In this document: positions 37,278-51,000 of the stretch, one piece after another
How positions within the stretch are numbered: position 1 is the stretch's first letter
Layout: every line of letters starts with the position of its first letter
Source: Chlorokybus atmophyticus
Lineage: Eukaryota > Plantae > Mesostigma and Chlorokybus algae
Direction: 5' to 3'
Length of the DNA: 64,000 bases
Assembly (NCBI GenBank): GCA_009103225.1
Contig: RHPI01003599.1
Coordinates: 124,001-188,000, forward strand
Position numbers and translations under genes: made by a program
The notes under the pieces: generated by a model
Seen by the model: only the letters and a program-made list of their open reading frames with translations
Database searches by the model: none
Told to the model about the DNA's origin: nothing

Positions 37278-40200
37278 ATGGCGGACCCGGATGTGGAGTG
37301 GCTGGAGGGAGATTACAAGCAGGAGGTCAATGGAGAGGTGTGATAAATGTAGTCAGTGGAATTGGGCGTTTGTCTTTGTGTGCTAGATCACATGCTTGAC
37401 TGCTATGAATATGCCTTTTTCAAGACTCGTTGTTAGGCTTCCTGCAGCACAGTCAACTTCAGGGCTTGTGTTGCTTTCTGACGGTTGGTTCCACCATCTG
37501 CTGCGCACAATGCGCGTTTGAAACTGGTCATTTTTCACATGTTTGAAGCTGGTTGAACTTGCATCAACAATCAACATCATCAAAATGTTGATTCAACAAC
37601 TTCGTGCTTGTGTTGTTCGGGGTTGTTCAGTACTCAATTCCTCCACATCTGACACAATGTGTTGCAAGTACTGCTGTACAATGGAAACAACCCTATATGT
37701 TTATGATGGAGCTCCAGTTCAGTTGATTCAGGTCAACTGAACTGGAGCTCCATCATAAACGTATATCATGCATTGAGTTTTTGTTCAACACACCAATGCA
37801 ATTAGCAATCCGGCTGAAACAGGTCGTCAAGCAAGTTACAAGCTGCAATGCGCAAGTTTTGCTTTGTAATGTGCCAGCATACCAAGATGAATGAGTGCAT
37901 TCCGTATGTTGTCAGCTCCAGCACCACTTGCACCAGCCGCACCTCTTTCAACAAGGCTGAATCTAGATCACGTACGGCTATGCAATGCTGCTTGCGATGA
38001 GATTGTGCTGGCAGTCGTGTGTTACTGTGCAAGCATACAGGCTGGCTGGCTTGTTGTTCGTCAGCCTGTGGCTGTTTAGGTTGGCAGCTTGCAGTTGTAT
38101 GATGTTGAAATTGCAGCTGGCGCTTGCGTGGGCAGGCTTCGGTTTCCGGCAGGGGTGCTGTGTCGGATCAGGAGATAGCCCGTTTGACGGTAGATGAGTT
38201 GTTGAGCGACTTGGACAGAGCAAAACTCTTCCTCAACCCTTCAAGTCACGAGGTGCGTTATCATCAAACCATAAAAGGCAAGCACTCGCACTTGTGTGCT
38301 GGCGCACACACACGTACATGCGTGCATGCGCGTATTACATGGGGAGCGCGGGGGCAAGGGGGACAAGTAATGAACACATGACACACATACATGCGCACAC
38401 ACGCACATCCACATAGTGGGTCATGTTCAACATCTTAAACTACCTAAGACAGATCCACACCCATCCTGCCCATCCAACGGGTGTCCTTTGTGAATTTGCA
38501 GCTGCAAGTAAAATGTGCGCTGGCGTCATTACCTCGATTGTACCGAGAGCACGGGCGGGCTGCGCATGATGCGTTGTTGGGGGGAAGCAGCGGTGGAGTG
38601 ACCGGCCAGGGTGGGCACGGAGGGAAGAGCCGACTTGCACAACTCGATCATGACGGTCAGGTACAATCGCCAGCCGCTGCTACATAAACAATATAAGTTG
38701 ACCTACCATGGCCAGTGCATGGATGCAAGTATATCCTAATCGAACATCCCACACGACAGGTGCTTGTTGGTGAGGCGTTCTGTACAGTTTTGAAAGACAC
38801 AAGCTTGAACTTCAAAGAGGTAACTCAATCCCCTGGGACAATGTATCAAGGTGAACGCCATTGATGTTGCCTGAGTGTTCTCACCCTCTCGACTTGCCAA
38901 CAGGTTGCCGTGTGGGTGCTGCCGGTGGTTCTGTCAGGTTTGAGCGCATCGCGGGACGAGGAGGTTGTGCGGTCGTGGCTCGGAGTGTTGAGCCTCCTGG
39001 TCCCCCTTCTGCCCCTGAAAGTTGTGCGCGAGGAGGTTGCGGAGATGGCCGTGCGTCTCGGAGAGGTGGACGAGACGGTGCAAAGCCGCGCAGCATGCTG
39101 CGCCCTGCTCGGCGCGTTGGCGCCGCGGATTGCTGCGGATGATGCTACCATATTCAACAAAGCCATGACACTTTGTCAAGATACAGACTACCAAGTCAGA
39201 GTGGCCATGTGCCATCAGCTCGACGCATTCGCGCATGCGGTTGGACCTGAACGAACACAGGTGCAGTCAGTTGATGGACTGTGTGGTTATTTGCCATATC
39301 CACAACCACCGTTTGATGTGAGCAACTGTGGTTACAACTTGGTGCGTGCGCGTCTGTGTGCGTCTGTGCGGGTGTGCATGTGCGCGTGCGCTCACGTGTG
39401 CAATGTCTTTGAAGCACACATGTGCAGCATAGCAAACCCATGGCCTGTTTGCAGAACGTTGTGCTGAAAGAGCTGGAGGACCTGTTGAATGATGAGGAGG
39501 TGGCCGTTCGCACGGCCGCACTTCAGGCGCTTGTCGCTTTGGCAGACGTGCTGCCCATTGAAGCACGCAAGACAAGGATTGTGCCCATTGTCAAGGCGTA
39601 CTGTCCAGCCTCGACAAGCGCTGAAGAGCACATGTCGCTGGAACTGTGTCGACTGTTCGGGGAGCTCCTGCGCAAGGTGCATGTCTCAAAGCTCACCTAC
39701 AGTGTGTTGTGGTGATTCTTATGGAAATGCTGATTGTGAGACTGGCGCTTGTGTCTAGATTGGAGCGGAGCTGAGCGAAGCAGACTGGGAGGTGTTGCTG
39801 GAAGCCTACAAGGCGTGGGCAACACATCACGAGTCTACCATGAGACAGGTGATTGTGCAAGTGTGTTTATGCGTGTGCGAGAGCATTATCATTAATGCAG
39901 CCTTATGCTGACTGACAATTGGGTTGGGTGCACCAGTCTGCGGCGCACAACCTGCCGGGAGTGTTGAAAGCCATGGGAGTCCGCAAGTACGCTATGCAAC
40001 TGCATTCCATCTACACGCGGCTTGCGGCTGACCCCGATGCCACCACCCGGGCCTCCATAGCTGGAAGCCTTCACGAGGTGCGAAGAACTTAATGCATCTT
40101 TGCATTATATGTAGTACGTAGCTGTTTGTAAACTCCATGTTGTATAGAAGCGGTGTCGCTTGTATGCATCATGGCTTGCTCTGTCCCAATGTAAACACAC

Positions 40201-42658
40201 CAGGTGTATACATAGCCACAGTGGTGCCCATGAGAGCGAACATGTTTGTCTGCCTTGATCACACCAGCTGATGCGTGAACATGGCAGGTTGCTCGCATGC
40301 TAGGCAAGGAACGGACAGCAACTTATCTGAAAGACATGACTATTGCCCTGCTGCAAGACCAGTCCTTCGAAGTGCTTGGTGTGCTGCTACCCAACTTGGC
40401 CTTTATCTTGGGTATGTAGTGTTATGCTTCATGCCAGACTGCATCACCGCTGTATGTCCTTTGTATCATATATAATAAAATGCCTGCTGCTCTTCAACAG
40501 GGCAATTTGGCATCACCAACGAACAGCAGCGTGCAGCCGCTTATCAAGAACTACTTCCCGCTCTGACTGCCGTGGAGAGTCGACTGACTTCTCAATGGAG
40601 GCTTCAGAAGACGTACATGGAGACATTGATTGTTTTGCCGGTAAGTTGTGCGCCACTTTATGTGTATCAACTTTTCTGACGCGCTCTGTTGGTATGTAAA
40701 TAATACTATGACTCTTCTTGCTTCGCAGTCATGCTTTTCCAGCGATGACATATATGAAAATTTTGTACCCATTTGCTTCCGATACATATACGGTGGCGCT
40801 GCGCCTGTGCGCAACGCCGCGGCAGAGGCCATCGTGGTATTGTTAAGGTACGTGTTGCGTGCGGGAGACTCCATGATAACTTGTGCAACATTGCCAATGC
40901 CACATGGATGTGGGTGTTACTGTGTGAACTTCAACCAATGAATCTCGTTCGCAGATGCAACAAGAGGGCTTCGCAGCAGATGGAACTTGCAGGCCGATTG
41001 GTACGAGAGCTCGGGCGCGGGCGCTCGTACTGGTCCCGATTGCTGTTCCTAGCATGTTGTCAGTTTGCCATTAAACATGCATCGTCCAAGTTCTTCAAAG
41101 ACACCTTCCTGGAACCGGCCCTTGAGGCCACCCAGGTATGGTTACATTCGCCTTAGCTCAACATCATCGCCTTTAAGCTACAGTTATAGGAAACGGGCTA
41201 TGAGCTTGTGTGCGAGCACAAGCATGAGTATGCGCACAGGTTTGTGGCTCTGCGTATGTATGCATGTGTCTGCGCGCGTGCGTGGGGATGAGCGAAGCAT
41301 ACATATTGCAACGTGTTTCTCGTGTTCAGGACACTGTTGCGAACGTGAGGCTAGCAGCCTGCGCAATGCTGGTGGGCATGAAGGGTGCGATCAAGCTGCC
41401 GGAGGATGTGGCGCTTCTTGCTAGGATCAACCAGTGCGCAACGCAGCTTGCGAGCGACTCCGACCGCGATGTTTCCGCGGCCGCCCGCGCGGTCCAGGAT
41501 GAGTTCAAGAGGTTACCCATCAGGACATCAGGCCCCTTGCCCCCTGCAGGCTCCCAGTCCACGGCGCATGCCATTGAGGTTGAAGACCGCCGCCGCTTTG
41601 AGCAGGTCTGTACTGTCATGGTGGACACTTCTGCAGCGCTGTCATGTTCTCACTGTATGCATGCCTGGAGTGCAAACATGTGTTATGTCATCTATACACC
41701 ATCAGTTGCCACCGTGGTCTGGTTCCGTGCTGTCCTGTGTGATTAACTGTTTTACTGCTAATACACATTTCTACTGTTCTAATGCACAGCAAGAGACTGA
41801 GTCGTTGCTTTGTGCGAGCAGGAGCAGGCAATGCTGACCAAAGAGGAGCATGAGGAGAAGCGAAGGCTTGAGCGAGCACAGCAGCAGCAAGAGGCACAGC
41901 GCAAGCTTGGAGCAGTTGGTGACAATGGTAAGCACTAAACACAAACGTGTACACGATAAGTTCAACGCACGAGCGAAGTTGTTGGCTGATGGTTGGTGGT
42001 GATGTGTGCAGACCCGCTGAAGCTGCGACTACGCATGCCAGTGGGAGCAGAGTTGAACAAAAGGCCCGCATTGCTGAGTCGAAGCATCAGCAACGGACCT
42101 GTCGTCCTGAGCGCACTCGCAGCCAGCAACAACGGCGACTCTACCAAAAGCCGCAGCAATCCCAGCTCGCCCGTCATCCCAACCGCACCCGCACGCGTCG
42201 CGCCCTCGGTGAGCCTTAAACTGCCCGCTGCCACAGCGCTTTCCAAGACCAACGCAATCGGCCAGAAAGAGTCCGTTTCGGCGCCGATATCCGCACGCTC
42301 ACCAGCCAACACGCAGCGCGAGTCCATCACGGCCTCCGCTACAGCACCCTCGGCTAAGACAGCCATGTCGAATGGTTCATCAAAACCAACACTCAGTGCT
42401 GATACCGCTGGCAGTGCCAGTAAAGCCGCGAGCACAACCAAGCCCGTTGTGCGTATTGCTTCAACCAATGGACGATCCACTAATGGAGCCCCGAGCCCAA
42501 AGCCGGCAACGGCTTCCTCCAACGCTGTTAGCACACCCGCTGCCTCCAACACCAGCAAGGTTGTTCCTGCCAGTGCCAGCGTGAAACCCGCCGCTGCACA
42601 GTCAGCTCTGCACGCCAGGCGTAGCTTAGATGAGGTCAGGCGCAAGCTGCACAGTTGA
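37278..42658 (+). CDS. PPP4R4: Serine/threonine phosphatase 4 regulatory subunit 4-like HEAT-repeat protein with a low-complexity C-terminal tail
   Basis: The segments EIARLTVDELLSDLDRA, VQSRAACCALLG, LCQDTDYQVRVAMCHQL, DEEVAVRTAA, LLQDQSFEVL, RELGRGRSYWSRLLFL and DTVANVRL match my recollection of the PP4R4 family. Stop at 42656-42658. Confidence 0.85.
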
Positions 42659-43814
42659 TAGTCACTCTGCCTGCGTGTAGGTCTTGCGAGAGTACATAGC
42701 GTAGTAGTACGTATGTGGGCACCATGTACTGAGGAAGGGAACCTTCATTGGGAACCGTTTATAGCAATTGCGCTTGATTGCAAGCTACATGGTTTGCACC
42801 GTCTAGTGCTCACTCCTCACCATCATCCTTCTTTGATCGGCGTGCATGCAATGAGCTGTAGCACCGTACATGTGCTGCGCTGACTACTACTTGCTTTTGA
42901 GGACGATTGGGAAGCACTGGCAAACAATCGCTTGCAATGCGCAGTGTAGTTGTCTTGTTGCGTGGACTGGATATGGGGTGAGAGCGCAGCTCTCAGCTTA
43001 AATTCTTATACCTTATCCTAACAGTGGCCCAATCAACATGAACAATAGACACTGCAGAATGCGATGCTCCAGCAATTCTCTTCCAGACTGATGTGACACT
43101 CTATGCTGAGTCACTTCCGTGAACTCTAATGTCACAGAGGTGAGGAACGCAGCGTCAGAATGCGACAGGATAAGGCCTCACCTAATGCAAGTAACCTTCA
43201 CCCTGGGCGTGACACTCTATGCTGCAGTCAGTGTCATAGAGGGCGGCGGTGGCGGCGGCGACGGCGGTGGTGGCGGTGGTCGTGGTCGTTGCCAGCGCCT
43301 ACAGTCAGGTTTCGGTTGAGATATGGCTGCCGTGGCCTAGGATTCTCTTGGTCGGTAGGCTGTGCGGGGACAGAGTAAGAGGGGCAGGTGACGGGGAGAA
43401 GGCAAGGTGGGCAGCTGCAGCAATTTCCCTGTCGCCATGCTGGTACGAGATGCATGAGTGAGAATGCTGCTTTGGCAAATAGTGTACAGTGTCCATGCTT
43501 GCACGTCGTTTAAGCAGCAGCTGCAGCCACTTGCTGACGTGACTATGACCCCAGTCTCAGTTTATCATACGTTGTAGGCTGCCGGTATGCTGAAGGCTGC
43601 TGTGGCCGTGGCTCCCAGCGACAGCACGCATTCGATGACGGCTTTTCGCTATTACGTACTTCGGGCTACTTGAGATCAACGCAGCAGGAGGCGTTCTCCA
43701 AGGCGCTGACAAGCAGCTTTGGTTGGCAATGGGCGAGGCCAATTGTATTCCTACAGGTGTGCTATCGATTACAGGTGGTACATTTTGTGCGATAGCATAT
43801 AGCAGCAAAACGAC

Positions 43815-44034
43815 GCCTAGCATTTTCAGACTCGGAGCGCCACAAGCTTCTGGAATGTACTCGTATGTACCCAAGCTTGTTAGCACTTGCTGCGTCGCCT
43901 TGGCCGCCTCTGCAATGTAGCAGTCATTGATTGCTTTTCGCACAGAGGCGGCCAAGGCGACGCAGCAACTGCTCACAAGCTTGGGTACAGTCAAGTTCAC
44001 TCTCCGGGGCGCTCCGACTCTGAAAATGCTAGGC
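43815..44034. other. Long fold-back (two nested stems of 27 bp and 47 bp); possible small-RNA precursor or MITE/inverted duplication
   Basis: 43815-43841 pairs with 44008-44034 (1 mismatch). 43866-43912 pairs with 43943-43989 (2 mismatches). The loop is 30 nt. Confidence 0.8.
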
Positions 44035-44661
44035 TGCTATCGTCGGTGCAGCACCGAGACTGCGAGGAGCTAGTTGACAGGACGCTCATCATCCAACGTC
44101 TGCGTCCTGACCCTGTACAGTACAATCAGTTAAGCAACAGCTTGCAAGGTAAGACCGGTCAGCGTTGCAATCCGCATCATGTACACCTAATGTTGGGCTG
44201 AGCGACCATGCAACTCGCCTGCTGCTGGATCTGCTATAACTGATCACACACTTTGGTATTGGCACGCAGTTTGACTTGTTCGCAATCCTAGCAGCAGAGC
44301 GCAGCCGCGCTGCCCAGCGCTGGAGAGGCTTCCCTGCAGCGCTGAAGACGGACACGTACTTGGACTCAAATTATCCAAGTTGGGTCCTGACTCTCTCAAG
44401 ATGGGCAAGACGGAGTTGCTGCTTGCACATGGGTGCCGCCAGGAGTACAGCGCGGGTTGTGCTTGCAAGTGGCTGCTTCATGGCAGCCAGTTGGTCCTTG
44501 AGCTCTTTGAGGGTGACCAGCAGCTGTGGCGAGCATATGTACCAACAGTTGAAAGTAAAGTTCCCGCAAGTGCCATATTCAGGGGACGTAGGTGGGAAAC
44601 GCATTTTGGTTTATGAGTGGCATGATTCTGTCTCGCCAAGCTGCATGGTGCACACACTAAC

Positions 44662-45408
44662 GCAACGCTGTCATGTTGAGAGGTTCTGACTTTATGCATG
44701 CATGGAGTGCGCATATGTGTTATGTCATTTGTACACCAATAGCTGCCATGTTGGTCTGGTCCTGTGCTGCTGTGTGTGGTTGACTGTTTAACTGCTAATG
44801 TACATTCCTACTGCACAGCAAGCAAGTAATTGACTCGTTGCTTCGTGCAAACAGGAGCAGGCAATGCCGACCATAGAGGCACATGTGGAGAAGCGAAGCA
44901 GCTTGAGCAAGAGCCACAGTGCAAGCTTGGCGCCGTTGGGGACAGCGGTACGCACTAGAAATATAAGATATACATGTATACAACGTACCAGCATATGTCT
45001 TTGACTGATGGTTGACGATGTGTGAAGACCCGTTGCAGCTGCGGCTCCGCATGCCGGTGGGAGCATAGCTGACCAAAGGCCCACGTTGCTCAATTGCAGC
45101 ATCAGCACATGCCCGTTGTTCTGAGCGCACTCGCGGCCAACAACAATGGCGAGAACACAAAGAGCCGCAGCAATCCCAGTTCGCCTCAAGCTGACCGCTG
45201 TCACAGCACTCTCCCAAACCAATGCAACCGGCAAGAAAGAGTCCCTTTTGATGCCGACATTCGCACGCTCAGTGGCCAACACGCTGCGCAAGTCTATGAC
45301 AGCCTGCATGTCAGCAACCCCGGTGAAGACAGCTTTGTAGACTGACTCACCAAATCTAACCTCCGGGCTGATGTTGCCCGCAGTGCCGATAAAGCCGCAA
45401 GCAAGCCC
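44662..45408 (+). pseudogene. Degenerate DNA-level duplicate of the 3' part (introns and exons) of the PP4R4-like gene
   Basis: Colinear with about 41635-42435, for example caggagcaggcaatgc.gacca.agagg and gacccg.tg.agctgcg.ct.cgcatgcc.gtgggagca. It retains intron sequence and has frameshifts and stops. Confidence 0.85.
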
Positions 45409-45769
45409 ATATGCTTGAGTGAGACCTTATCTCACTAACTCTCAAAGGGTCAGGTTGGGAATACAAACCTTGCACAGTAGAATTCAAGTATTTCAGTGTG
45501 TATACCCCTCTTACATTTAATCAACAGTGCCCCAAATGCAATGTGCTAATACCCTCACATTGCATTGCAAACGGAGTCGAGTTGTATGGATAAACTAACT
45601 TACAATGTGAAGGCTAAGAGCCACCACATGACCTGGTCAACCCTCCCCAAGTCATCACAACTCCACACACCCTTCGTTGATTGTGTTGACATGTGTTAAC
45701 ATCAATGCATTCATCTCGGATCGTGAAAGGAGGAGAAGGGGGGGGTGAGGTTTATGCCGGTTGTGATTC

Positions 45770-46100
45770 ATAGCATGACGCAGATAAGGTAACCTACTCA
45801 AACCAGTCTCCTCCCCCCCCNNNNNNNNNNNNNNNNNNNNNNNNNNNNNNNNNNNNNNNNNNNNNNNNNNNNNNNNNNNNNNNNNNNNNNNNNNNNNNNN
45901 NNNNNNNNNNNNNNNNNNNNNNNNNNNNNNNNNNNNNNNNNNNNNNNNNNNNNNNNNNNNNNNNNNNNNNNNNNNNNNNNNNNNNNNNNNNNNNNNNNNN
46001 NNNNNNNNNNNNNNNNNNNNNNNNNNNNNGGCGAGGGCGGGGGGGGGGCTGTCTGGGAAAAAATCCATAGCATGATGCAGAAAAGATGACCGACTTCCAG
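45770..46100. repeat. N run (45821-46029) flanked by similar direct-repeat units and poly-C/poly-G
   Basis: catagcatga.gcaga.aag.t.acc.act...ccagtctc occurs on both sides of the gap. Confidence 0.6.
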
Positions 46101-46712
46101 TCTCTACACACCTATGCCAGAGTCGCAACCATTATTACTAGAGTACTAGACTAGAATGCAATCAACTGCTCATAAATACAATCTAGACCGCAATGTTAAG
46201 CAAAACTGACTGGCAACCAGCACTGCTAAGGGTGAACTAAACCAGCACACGACTACAATGTAATTACTAAGAGACTAAGAGAACATTCTAAATAGGCCAG
46301 CAACCTCCAGATTGCAGGAGGTACTCAGGTGCAAGTGCAAGTGCGAGTGCCCAGGTCAGACCGTGTTGCCTTATTCACACAACTACCACGCGACTTGTGG
46401 CGTGGTGACAGTTCACAAACACAACCACCTTCAATGACCTTCTCCGCGCGCATTCTCCTCTGTGGCGGCTCTCACTCCAGACGCTTGCTACGCAGTTGAA
46501 TGTTGCAGGGGGGATGGGGGGATGCCTTCAACTCCAGCAAGACGCTGCAACCCGTAAACCGATGTGAGCATGGTACAGCTCACCAGACTATGTTGCCCAA
46601 GATTAACAATCAACCAAAGAGTGCTGCTAGTGCACGTCGTGTCTGGCATCAAGCCCGGCCACTATGTGATGCACAAACCAACGCAGCTCAACAGGCTGCT
46701 GATGCTTGAGAT

Positions 46713-46925
46713 GCAAGCAGCAAGGTAGGCAGAGGCNNNNNNNNNNNNNNNNNNNNNNNNNNNNNNNNNNNNNNNNNNNNNNNNNNNNNNNNNNNNNNNN
46801 NNNNNNNNNNNNNNNNNNNNNNNNNNNNNNNNNNNNNNNNNNNNNNNNNNNNNNNNNNNNNNNNNNNNNNNNNNNNNNNNNNNNNNNNNNNNNNNNNNNN
46901 NGCAAGCAGCAAGGTAGGCAGAGGC
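46713..46925. repeat. Tandem repeat (gcaagcagcaaggtaggcagag) spanning an N run (46737-46901)
   Basis: The same unit lies immediately before and after the Ns. Confidence 0.7.
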
Positions 46926-47127
46926 CGGGGGTGTCGGGGGGGGGTCACCTGAAGTTTCAATGACTGCTTCACCCTGCAAAACTCAATGTAGCGCAGGCAC
47001 TGGAGTGCAGCTGCCACAAAACTATAGGGTAATGATGAAGATTCCATGACTTGGCTAGCCTCTCTGCTGCAGAGCAAAGCTAGCGCAACTGGAGCCTCTC
47101 GGCTGCTGCACATCTCATGTGAGCAGT

Positions 47128-47998
47128 CTAGTTCTCACGGGGCTTTGGCTGCTCGCCGCGGGGAGCCTGACAGAACATGTGAAGTGATTGGGACTGAGAG
47201 ATGCCTAGATGTGCTGTGGTCATGACTGCCAAGCGTAGGCTCATTGTCGCATTTTGCGGCGCGAGCCGGGCTACAGTTAAGCAAATACTCACCTGTTGCG
47301 AGGTGCAGAAAGACACAGAAACTTGCTTGTTGCCCATTTGTATTTTGCCAGCCAAAGCGCCCACGGCTTCTGCTGCATCCGTCTTGCGCATAAAGTTTAC
47401 AAAGGCATAGGGTCTGTCGCTGAAGACACGGATGCTCTCTACTTCGCCAAACTGGCCTACAACTCGGCTGATTTGCTCCTTGGAAGTTCCTGCCGGAACG
47501 TTGCCCAGCCAAAGATGACGGCTCACCTACCAGCAAGCTTGACTCAAATTGCAATACAGTACAAAACAACCACTGCCAGATGACTGCACAACTGCCTACC
47601 TCAACGTTGCTTGAGGGGCTCGCTTCACTGGTGTTGCCTGAAAAGTACTCACTAACTGGCGTACTTGACGGAGGTGATGGCTCACTTGAGCTGGCACCTT
47701 CGCCAGAAAGCTGCAATGAAACCTGATGGACAAACCAAGTAATGTGTGAATATGTTGCCAGAAGCAGGCGGGCGGGCGCGGAAGAGAGAGGGAGCGAGAG
47801 AGCGAGAGAGAGAGAGAGAATGAGCGAGAGAGAGAATGAGAGAGAGAGAGAATGAGAGAGAGCGAGAGCGAGAGAGCGAGAGAGAGCGAGAGCGCGAGAG
47901 CGCGAGAGAGCGAGAGAGAGAGAGCGCGAGCGAGAGCGAGCGAGAGCGAGAGCGAGAGCGAGAGAGCGAGAGCGAGAGCGAGAGAGCGAGAGAGAGAG

Positions 47999-48043
<45 letters not shown>

Positions 48044-51000
48044 CTGAGGCCAAAGTGCAAATTCGCCCTCTTGCTCAGCAGCAACGCCTGACAATGCAGT
48101 GACAACGGAGGTGTCTTGACCTCCTTCAGTCGAGTGCGATGTGGGGCTCACTGGGCTGATCTCCTCACTCCAGCTGCAATCCACGGCAGGTGTTCCGCCA
48201 ATTAAGGCACTGCAACCATGCGCAGTCAACACTCACTGCGGTAACAATGCAATCAGCAATGCCATTTGCAGCAAGCATTGCAATGATACCTTCGCACTGG
48301 GCTTGCTGCTTGAGAGTCGGGGAGGTAGGCACGCACAAGGGCATCGCGTGCCAAAGGCCGCAAAGAGACATGCGGATTGAATTGATGGTCATTCTCCACG
48401 ACAAAGACATCAGTTCGCCGGTCAAGAAAGGCACGCAAGCCCCCATGCTGCTCTTTCAACAGGGCATAGTGTGTGGGTGACAAGGACCGCAACCTTGTGC
48501 CAAGTTCTCCAGTGTGGATTCGACCTCTGCGTCGTGCAATGGAGATGCTGGTGATAAGAACATGCTCATGCGATGATTGGGTCAGGCATACATACCGCTC
48601 ATTCAACAACTGGATCAAAGAGGCCAAGACGTCTGCCTCAAGCGCTTGAGAACTGGGACGCGGTAAATCTCTGAGCTGCTCCTTCCATTCATCCTTGTCA
48701 GGCGCTTGAGGTGGTGGTGTCAGGTTTGTTGGACCTACCCTGCGTGTTGGCTGCCATATCAGTGATGCCGACACTCAGCAAGATCATATACCAACAATGC
48801 ATCACTCACTCCACTCATGTGTGCACCTGGGTAACGCGGGCGTGGGCTCTGGTGATGTAGGTAATCTGCTGGGTCCCTCAGCTGCGGCCATCACAATGTT
48901 GCCAACACGAACAAGTCGGAGGTAGTTCTTCGCTTCCATTGCTCTGCACAACTCCAAGAACTTCTGAAAACGTGTTGCGCGCACGTCAAACCCGGGCTGC
49001 AGTCGCCGCATCTCGTTGTTGATGGAGTTGATATCAAATGGTGCCTGCGCATCCAGACAGTGTGTGGGCGGCTGGTACACTACAGGCCTAACAGTGACGA
49101 CATGGACCAGCAATAGCGCGAGTGAAGAGTCTCAAGCTACACAAAACTGGAGTGGTGTCCAACCTGCCGGTATCTTCGGACCAATGCCAGCGCTGTTGCA
49201 AACAGAGCTTCCACTGCATCAGCCTCGCTGGCAGCATGCCTGCCATCGCCAACAATCGGTCAGTCAGTGATGTGGTTAGCTACTGCCCAGCTCAGCTGCA
49301 AAGCCATTTCAGGACTCCACTGTCTCAGAACTGCACCATTTCAGAATGTACAACCCGCCTACTAACCTTGCACGGACAGCAGTCTCCAGATCCTCAATTA
49401 CTGGAGGGCCTCGTGGAGGTCTAGTTATCCAAGCCTCCGGTGGTGTGGCTGGACCCTTGGGCCGCCGAGGTCCAATAGGCTGGAGTCCTAATGATCGACC
49501 AGCTAGCGCAGCCCATCGTGGATCCATGTCATGCTCTGCGGCTAGCAATTGTGAATGTGCAAACTGAAGGTGGTCATCGCGGTATGATGGTCCCGGTTGC
49601 AGTGAGTGACTGCTCGACGGCCATGGCATCGCCTGCCCAGCAAACGGCCGAGAGGCTTTGGCTGGCGCCTGGAATGGTGGCAGCAATGGCTGCCTGTCCA
49701 GCGGCTCATATGACACGGATGCCTGTGAGGGTGGTTTGTAAAGTGGAGCCAACATGCGTGGAGGGGATAAAAACGGAGAAGGCAGGCGAGCAAGCTGGAC
49801 CTGAACAGGGCCACGTACTGCAGGGCGCTGAAGAGCTGCCAACTGCTCAGCAGGTGATGGAGGCGGTTGCACAGGGAGTGACAACGAGCGGGACGGTGGC
49901 ATGTGTTGATGCTGATGAATTGCGCGCTGATGCAGGTGAGTGGGTGAAAGTTCACCTGTTCCTCTGGGCCAAGGCTGCGATGGGTCTGTTGTGTATATGG
50001 GGTTGCGAGAGGTACTGGCTCGTGGAATGGTATGACCAAACTGAAGTCTCTGCTGCTGCTGCTGCTGTGCTGCATAGGCTTGCCGAACGCGCTGACGCTG
50101 CTCAAGGTGATGTTGCAATTCCAGCTGCTGTTCCCGCAGCTGCTGCTCCAACTGCTGTTGACGCTGATGGTCAAGTGAGCGGCTTGAGCTAGCAGGAGAC
50201 ATGGACCAGATGCTGTGGCCGGAGGTTGCAACACCTGCAGCTGTGCAATGACTGTGTTGGAAGAGCTGCAAGTCTCTGGAAGCTGACCTTGATGCACACG
50301 CACCTTTTGGCGGCTGTGATGCTACCGGGGATAGGGTTCTCTCCAAAGGTGGCTTTGCATACACACTAGGCCCACTGGTCCAGCCTTCTCTCTCAGCAGT
50401 GAAAGCCTGCTCCTGCCAAGAGGTTGATGGCTGCGACTGCCAGTCCCACATGCTCTGCCTTGGCTCAATGAGGCCGGAGGATGATCCATGGAACCGTTTT
50501 GGGTTGGTGATGTCAGGCAAGCTCTCACTCCGCGTTGCCAACCGAGAACCTGCTGAATTCTCCCACACATCGCTTGAAACTCTGCCCAGCCGTGACAGCC
50601 CTGGGAAAGGCGCTGCATCTGCAGTAACAGCAGGTTGTGCTGTATCGTCAACACTCTCCTCCTGACAGCAAAGCAGGTTAGATAGTCGGCACCCAGCAGG
50701 ACAACTCGTACGACCACACTGCAAAGTCCTCACCCGCAATGATAGCAGGTTTTGAAATATGTTGTCAAAGTCACCACTGCGCAAAGGAAATAAGCTCAGG
50801 TTGGCGACTAAGAGAAACCAGCTTGCAAGATCGATCGACAGATTTGCCAAACCACTCTGCACAGCAATGTGAACCCTGCCGTCTCTGGTGATGTTCTTGC
50901 TAGCCGGCACGACAGTATTAACTTAAAACTAGCGAGGTATCAAACCTGATGGATGGCGCCGTTTGGGCCAGTTGATTGGGCGGATCGTCCTCAACATCTG

